From Candidatus Heimdallarchaeota archaeon (GTDB lineage Archaea; Asgardarchaeota; Heimdallarchaeia; Hodarchaeales; Hodarchaeaceae), in NCBI GenBank assembly GCA_020353515.1, contig CP070695.1, positions 1,556,284-1,620,283 of the forward strand: DNA of 64,000 bases. The letters run 5' to 3'. Position 1 is the first letter of the stretch. Every line of letters starts with the position of its first letter. Positions 58,428 through 64,000 of the stretch are shown here, in pieces. The notes under the pieces are model-generated. The model worked only from the letters and a program-made list of their open reading frames with translations, searched no databases and was not told where the DNA came from. Made by a program: the position numbers and the translations under genes.

Positions 58428-58721
58428 ATTTTTTCGCCTCTCGTTATTTCTTCGACGTTTTTCTTCTATAAATTCTTGACTTACTCAAGACTTAATATAG
58501 AATTAGGTGATGAATTCGAATATTCCTATTTTATCAAACTCTTATTGTTCTAAGTCCATTTTATACAATTTTCCTAGAAAATATAATGAGTACTGGTTCG
58601 ATAAAAATTAACCAAGAAATAGAAAAAGAGGCCTTCGAATCGAATGCTGATAGATAACAAAGTTCGATCTTTGAATTTTTAAATAAAAACCTTTCAAAAT
58701 CTTAAAGGAAACGTGTTGCAA

Positions 58722-58944
58722 GTGACTATGGATGATTATGACATTTTGACTGCTCTACAAAATGCCTCTGACATATCCTATGTAGAATTAGGTCAGAAAT
58801 TTAATGTTTCAGACGTTGCTATCAGGAAAAGGGTAAAGAAGCTCCGAAAACAAGCGATAATGATGATTTAACATCACCAAATTAGAAGGATTGCATGGCG
58901 TTACCAGAGTATGTCCTGCTACAGTCATTCAAAGAATTAAATGA
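58722..58944 (+). pseudogene. Lrp/AsnC pseudogene with internal deletion and frameshift
   Basis: HTH frame DILTALQNASDISYVELGQKFNVSDVAIRKRVKKL ends at TAA 58869-58871; C-terminal remnant ITKLEGLHGVTRVCPATVIQRIK* in another frame ends at 58944. Confidence 0.8.
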
Positions 58945-59132
58945 TTAATATCTCATTATTTGGATCATAAATAAATTAGGTCAAATAAAAATTGAATTAC
59001 AATAATAATTCAGGAGTTTTTAGTCAATAGTTTTATTTCCTTTGGGTAATAAGATTTTGATAAAAACAAAGAACAATTTAAGAATTAATAGAGGAAAAAT
59101 TGATCTAACCCATCTATAGAGGAGACTTAATT

Positions 59133-59609
59133 ATGAACACTCAAGAACGTGTTGAATTTTATAAAAATCAGATCAAATTAGAGGAAAAGATAGTAGAATC
59201 AGCTGAAACGTCAGTTAGAGATGTATCAAATGTTATGGTCAAAGAACTGATTCTGGGGATTGCCATGGATTCTAATAAACATTCTTCTTTATTGAATGCA
59301 CTCATTGCTTTAAACACAGGGACAACTCCTTTGATTTCAGAAGAAATAACAGATCACCTTAAAGCGAATATTGAAAAGCATATTGAGTTGGAACAGCAAG
59401 CCATAGACACCTATAAGGCGTTTTGGAAAGAATTGGATGATGAGAAAGAAAAAGTGGTTGTTAAGGCGATCTTAAACGACGAAATTCGTCATCATCAGCT
59501 CCTAAAACGACTTCATGAAATGATAGTTGAAAAGGAAGCACTCACCGAGCAAGATATTTGGGATTGGACTTGGAAAGATTCTCTCTTCCACGGATCACCT
59601 GGCGGATAA
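59133..59609 (+). CDS. Ferritin-like/rubrerythrin-type four-helix protein
   Basis: LE, DS.KH, LE, DE.RHH di-iron-type pattern. Confidence 0.8.
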   Translation: MNTQERVEFYKNQIKLEEKIVESAETSVRDVSNVMVKELILGIAMDSNKHSSLLNALIALNTGTTPLISEEITDHLKANIEKHIELEQQAIDTYKAFWKELDDEKEKVVVKAILNDEIRHHQLLKRLHEMIVEKEALTEQDIWDWTWKDSLFHGSPGG

Positions 59610-59671
59610 ATCTGATAATCTCATTTACATATTTACATCTCAAAATTGCATTAACACCGAGATGAGGTTTA

Positions 59672-60844
59672 ATGATCGATTTTAGTTTAACCGAGGAACA
59701 GAAAAAACTTCAGTTAAAGGCTCGAGAATTTGCGATAAATGAGATAATTCCCATCTCAAGAAAATATGATCAATCAGGGGAATTTCCTCAAGATGTTCTC
59801 CAAAAAGCCTTCGATCAAGGATTAATGAATACAATTTTTCCCAAAAAAATAGGAGGACCTGGATTAGGGATATTAGACACTTGTTTGATAGTAGAGGAAA
59901 CAGCTGCAGCAGATCCAGGGATCACTACAAGTCTATTTGATAATTGTCTTGGTGCTGAACCCATTCTAATTGGAGGTACCAAAGAGCAGATTAATCGTTT
60001 TCTTAAACCGTTAACTGAAGAATTAAAATTTATTGCTTTTGCCACCAGTGAACCAGGAATGGGATCTGATGTCGCGGGTTTAACTGCGACCGCTCGCGTG
60101 GAAGGCGACGAGCTTATCTTAAATGGTCGGAAAATGTGGGTCACGAACGGAGGAGTAGCTTCTCTACTAAGCACATTCTGTCGTTTAGAAGGAACAAAGA
60201 GACATGAAGGCATTACTGGGATTGTTGTTCCGATGAATACCGAAGGAGTGAAGGTTGGAAAACCAATTCCAAAAATGGGTCATAGAGCTTCAAATACCGT
60301 AATGGTTCGATTTGATGAAGCACGAGTTCCTTTAGAGAATATACTTGGAGAGCTAGGAAAAGGATTTCCTATAGCAATACAAACCTTCGCGCACACTCGT
60401 CCTACAATTGGTGCATTTGCGTGTGGGATGGCTAGAGCAAGTATGGAGTACGCTATTGCATATGCAAAACGTAGAAAAGCTTTTGACTCTAAGATAGCCA
60501 ATTTTCAAGCAATTCAATTCATGATTGCAGATATGAAAATTAATGTGGATGCTGCACGTTTATTAACATGGAAGGCAGCTTGGGAGGCAGATCAAGGACG
60601 AGATAACACTATTTCAGCGAGTATAGCTAAAGCTTTCGCCACAGATTCTGGGATGAAGACTGCATCTGATGCTCTCCAAATTTTCGGAGGATATGGTTAT
60701 ACGACTAATTATTTAGTAGAGAAGCTATTTAGAGATGCAAAACTCTACCAGATATACGAGGGAACTAGTCAGATCCAACGAATGGTTATCGGAAGGTATA
60801 TGCTCTCACGATATACCCCTATATTCGATAAAACATTAACCTGA
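59672..60844 (+). CDS. Acyl-CoA dehydrogenase
   Basis: F.TSEP..GSD, LNG.K.WVTNG, KMG.R, FGGYGY, RDAK..QIYEGT.QIQR. Confidence 0.95.
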   Translation: MIDFSLTEEQKKLQLKAREFAINEIIPISRKYDQSGEFPQDVLQKAFDQGLMNTIFPKKIGGPGLGILDTCLIVEETAAADPGITTSLFDNCLGAEPILIGGTKEQINRFLKPLTEELKFIAFATSEPGMGSDVAGLTATARVEGDELILNGRKMWVTNGGVASLLSTFCRLEGTKRHEGITGIVVPMNTEGVKVGKPIPKMGHRASNTVMVRFDEARVPLENILGELGKGFPIAIQTFAHTRPTIGAFACGMARASMEYAIAYAKRRKAFDSKIANFQAIQFMIADMKINVDAARLLTWKAAWEADQGRDNTISASIAKAFATDSGMKTASDALQIFGGYGYTTNYLVEKLFRDAKLYQIYEGTSQIQRMVIGRYMLSRYTPIFDKTLT

Positions 60845-60859
60845 TGGAGAGTAACATTA

Positions 60860-61597
60860 ATGAATTTCATTCAAAAACGTCTTCTGATTTTTGTAGCCCT
60901 CTTGACAATATTCAGTTTTATTGGGCCAATTGAAACAAGTTTTTCTGTTAATGAGATCACTATTAGAAATCAAAAAACTTTGACACCCAATATTGATGGG
61001 ATTATCGGTACAGATGAATATATTTCAGAGATTTCTCTCAGTGGTGGAGACTATAAACTTTATTGGCAAATTGAAGGGGATACCATATTCTTGGGTATGG
61101 TTGGGAAGACAACAGGTTGGGTTGCTATTGGGTTTGATCCCACACTGGCTATGCAGGATGCTGATATGATTTTTGGATGGGTTTTAAGTAATAGCTCAGT
61201 AATTATCATAGATGCTTTTTCAACTGGTCCAAACGGTCCTCACCCAGCTGATACAGATTTGGGAGGAAATTCTGATATTTCGGCGTATAATGGAACAGAA
61301 GAATCAGGGAACACCATCATCGAATTTTCACGTCTTTTAACGACTGGAGACCAATACGATAATGATATTCCAAGCTCTGGAACTTATAATATTATTTGGG
61401 CATTGGGAAATACTGATGATTTTGGACTAAAACATATACAGAGAGGATCCGCAACAATTAATCTTGGTGAAACTGAGGAATCTACGAAAACCGAGTCTTC
61501 ATCTTCTCAAAGTGAATCCACTACTGGATTTGCATTGACAACGATTTTATTCTTTATCTCCATGCTATTAATCTTACGGAAGACTAATGACTACTGA
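60860..61597 (+). CDS. DOMON-domain surface protein with sorting tail
   Basis: GWVAIGF....MQDADM, IEFSR.L.TGD..D, IWALG, KH..RG; TTGF-TM-RK. Confidence 0.88.
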   Translation: MNFIQKRLLIFVALLTIFSFIGPIETSFSVNEITIRNQKTLTPNIDGIIGTDEYISEISLSGGDYKLYWQIEGDTIFLGMVGKTTGWVAIGFDPTLAMQDADMIFGWVLSNSSVIIIDAFSTGPNGPHPADTDLGGNSDISAYNGTEESGNTIIEFSRLLTTGDQYDNDIPSSGTYNIIWALGNTDDFGLKHIQRGSATINLGETEESTKTESSSSQSESTTGFALTTILFFISMLLILRKTNDY

Positions 61598-61704
61598 AAT
61601 TATGATTCGTGCTCTCAAGATATGCGTGAAACTTTGATTAACAAAAATTGAAATAAGGGATAATGACTTCTGAAAAGTTAAATATTCATGGAGAGAATTG
61701 AAAA

Positions 61705-62289
61705 GTGAATGAAACAATACAAAATTTAGCAAAAGCATTTATTGGTGAGAGTCAAGCAAGAAATCGCTATTCTTTTTACTCTAAAATAGCAAAAAAAGAG
61801 GGTTATGAACAGATAGCTGATATTTTCCTTATCACAGCCGATAATGAAAGAGAACACGCAAAATGGTTATTTAGGATGATTAATCAGTTAAAAGAAAACC
61901 TTTCCGAGGATATCGATGAACTTAATGTTGATGGTACTGTTCCTCTTACTTTAGATAATACTCTTAAAAATTTAGAAGCGGCAATTTCTGGGGAGCGTTA
62001 CGAAAGGGAAACAATGTATCCAGAGTTTGCAGCTACAGCTGAACGAGAAGGCTTTTACGATATTGCAACCAGACTAAGAGCCATAGGCAAAGCCGAAGAA
62101 CATCATGAAGAAAGATATACGAAGTTACTCAAAGAAATTGAGGGTGAAACAGTATTTAAAAAGGTTGGAAAGGTTCAATGGGTATGTAAAAAATGTGGTT
62201 ATGTTCACGAAGGAGAAACTCCACCAACTTCCTGTCCTAGTTGTGATCATCCAAGAAACTATTTTGAAATGATGTGTGAACAATATTAG
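61705..62289 (+). CDS. rbr: Rubrerythrin
   Basis: AF.GESQARNRY, NE.EHA, GE.YE, AE.HH, C..CGY...CP.C. Confidence 0.95.
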   Translation: MNETIQNLAKAFIGESQARNRYSFYSKIAKKEGYEQIADIFLITADNEREHAKWLFRMINQLKENLSEDIDELNVDGTVPLTLDNTLKNLEAAISGERYERETMYPEFAATAEREGFYDIATRLRAIGKAEEHHEERYTKLLKEIEGETVFKKVGKVQWVCKKCGYVHEGETPPTSCPSCDHPRNYFEMMCEQY

Positions 62290-62369
62290 ATGATCTATAG
62301 AAAGAATCGTCTTTCTTATTATTTCTTTTTTTAAAGAAAACTCTTAAAATAGATTAAATGTGAACTAGA

Positions 62370-63455
62370 ATGGCTTTGGTATTTGAACAATTAAATCCTC
62401 ATGCCTGTTTGTCTTATTTAGTGAAAAAAGAAGGATCAGATGAGTCCATCTTAATTGATCCTATCTTAGACCATGTCAAAGAATATCTAATAATATTAGA
62501 AGATCAAGGTTTGAAATTAACACATATCATTGACACACATACCCATGCAGATCATATCTCTGGGGCAGCAGCTCTTAAAGACCGAACGGATTGCAAGATA
62601 ATCATGCATGAAAACGCACCTGCTAGGTGCGTAGATATTCGTGTTAAGGAAGGAGACGAACTAGATCTTCTAGGAACGCCAACCAAAGTTATTCACACAC
62701 CTGGCCATACTCAAGATTCAATTTCTTTAGTATTTGAAGAATCCAATAGGATTTTCACTGGTGATGCCTTATTTTTAGACGATGGTGGAGCTGGTAGAGA
62801 TGATTTACCTGGTGGGGATCCTAGTAAACATTATGATAGTATTCAAAAGTTTTTACGTCTACCTGACCATCTTGTTGTTTTTCCTGCTCATGAGTATCGT
62901 GGGCGTAAACCATCCACTCTTGCTAAACAAAAGATAAACAATCCACACCTCAAACTACAAACTCGGGAAGAATTTATTCAGTATCTTGAAGATCTAAAGC
63001 TTGGTCCTGCAGATTGGATGCATGACGTTCTCAAATCAAATTATGCTTGTGCTCGTGATCCAAGTGGCATTTGGATACCTGTTGACTCGCCTGCATGTGA
63101 AGTAAAGGGTACCTTAGAAATAGGTGTTAATGAACAGGTTGTTTCTTCGATATCAGTCCAAGAGCTTAGGAATCGATTAGATGCTAGACAAACTCCTTTA
63201 ATGATTGATGTACGAGAAGAAAATGAACTAAAAGGACCACTTGGTCATTTACAGGATATTAAACACATACCATTAGGTCTTTTAATCTCCAATCTTGAAA
63301 GACTCTCCAATCTTAAGGATCAAGAGATTATCTTAGTATGTCGTAGTGGAGCGAGAGCACATACCGCTGCACAAATTATGCAGAAAAAAGAATTCAGTAA
63401 AGTATTTGTTTTGGAGGGTGGTATGAAAGCCTGGAGAGATATGGCACCAAGTTAA
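62370..63455 (+). CDS. Persulfide dioxygenase (ETHE1-like MBL fold)-rhodanese fusion
   Basis: DTHTHADHISG, TPGHT, TGD.L, GR.D, PAH.Y; C-terminal DVRE..E, VCRSGARA, LEGGM.AW. Confidence 0.88.
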   Translation: MALVFEQLNPHACLSYLVKKEGSDESILIDPILDHVKEYLIILEDQGLKLTHIIDTHTHADHISGAAALKDRTDCKIIMHENAPARCVDIRVKEGDELDLLGTPTKVIHTPGHTQDSISLVFEESNRIFTGDALFLDDGGAGRDDLPGGDPSKHYDSIQKFLRLPDHLVVFPAHEYRGRKPSTLAKQKINNPHLKLQTREEFIQYLEDLKLGPADWMHDVLKSNYACARDPSGIWIPVDSPACEVKGTLEIGVNEQVVSSISVQELRNRLDARQTPLMIDVREENELKGPLGHLQDIKHIPLGLLISNLERLSNLKDQEIILVCRSGARAHTAAQIMQKKEFSKVFVLEGGMKAWRDMAPS

Positions 63456-63479
63456 TCCCATCGAAAGGGCGAATAATCT

Positions 63480-64000
63480 ATGAATGACCGAAAAAAGTAC
63501 CCCACTCAAGAGGTTGAACCAGAGAATTTCTTAGATAATGACGAGGTTATGAGACTCTTAGAAACATGTGAGAATTATGAATTCAAACAAGAGGATTATC
63601 TTAAATTGTTAAATTGTGTTCATTGTAATGCATGTGGAACTTCAGAGGAGAGATGTCAGCTAAATTCTAAATTTTTAAAAGATGGAAATGAAATTGAGGG
63701 CCTTGCTGAAATGATTTCCAGTTTTGAAAAGTATGGTACTCCATATTCTACAGATAAAATGCGTATTAGAAGGCCTGAAGGCATTCCTGAAGAGAGTAAG
63801 ACTCTTTATTACATGGGTTGTTTGTCAACAATCAGAGTCCCACGCTATACTGATAATTCATTGAAATATCTACTAAAACAGAATGTCGATTTTACAATAC
63901 TAGATAAAGAAATGTGCTGTGGATACCCGCTATATGTCTCTGGTGCTTTTGAGGAATATGAAAAATGCAAAAAAGAGAATGTAGAAATATTCAAATCCTA
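63480..64000 (+). CDS. Fe-S/CCG-domain oxidoreductase (HdrD/GlpC-like), truncated by the window end
   Basis: Hand translation from ATG 63480: CVHCNAC, YYMGC, EMCCG; not in ORF track. Confidence 0.8.
   Translation, partial: MNDRKKYPTQEVEPENFLDNDEVMRLLETCENYEFKQEDYLKLLNCVHCNACGTSEERCQLNSKFLKDGNEIEGLAEMISSFEKYGTPYSTDKMRIRRPEGIPEESKTLYYMGCLSTIRVPRYTDNSLKYLLKQNVDFTILDKEMCCGYPLYVSGAFEEYEKCKKENVEIFKS

Noticed and set aside
980-60501. Numerous short ORF-track entries antisense to or overlapping longer genes (e.g. 17769-18131, 33673-34044, 59815-60213, 20141-20347/40075-40281)
   Set aside because: Shadow ORFs of well-supported genes; the similar pair at 20141/40075 only mirrors the ctaB duplication
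8441-63455. Selenocysteine recoding in redox genes (Prx, Grx, HdrB, TusA, DsrE)
   Set aside because: Catalytic positions are Cys in the translations, and the UGA stops I examined fall at natural protein ends
1-64000. CRISPR arrays, transposases, integrases, rRNA or tRNA genes
   Set aside because: No regularly spaced repeats, recombinase motifs or recognisable stable-RNA sequences seen by eye; a tRNAscan/Infernal run would be needed to exclude them formally

Overview
AT-rich archaeal genomic DNA, most likely from an Asgard archaeon of the Heimdallarchaeia/Hodarchaeales type. This is inferred from TATA/BRE promoters, GGTGA/GGAG ribosome-binding sites, two stand-alone longin-like proteins, an LRR protein and five surface proteins with [TS][PST]xF-TM-basic C-terminal sorting tails. 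I found no rRNA, tRNA, CRISPR array or transposase. About 55 kb (8.4-64 kb) is a dense redox island with these parts: (i) a persulfide-relay operon tusA-dsrE2-dsrE-tusA-sqr-lrp followed by hdrCB, preceded by a strongly base-paired ~150-nt leader that looks like an unannotated RNA element; (ii) three heme O synthase (ctaB/cyoE) paralogues, each behind a different uncharacterised membrane protein; one of those is a 12-TM protein with the three-repeat His pattern of heme-copper oxidase subunit I but without the CuB His-His pair; (iii) a complete cytochrome c maturation operon ccmF-E-C-D-A-B (ccmD is missing from the ORF track) downstream of a surface-anchored multiheme cytochrome with non-canonical motifs (CxxCM, CxxxCH, CCH) and two Ig-like surface proteins sharing a CCGH motif; (iv) a DOMON + di-heme cytochrome b pair flanked by two SufR-like regulators; (v) a full anaerobe-type oxygen/peroxide defence cluster (peroxiredoxin, FprA, an unannotated rubredoxin, Grx/FTR, NROR, SOR, ferritin, rubrerythrin) containing an internally deleted Lrp pseudogene, followed by a persulfide dioxygenase-rhodanese fusion. 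The best candidate for an undescribed system is the prenyl-heme module (ctaB + copper-less oxidase-fold protein + IWWE-motif membrane proteins + NapH-like ferredoxin) and its possible link to the surface cytochromes. All product calls come from reading motifs by eye; no database search was run.
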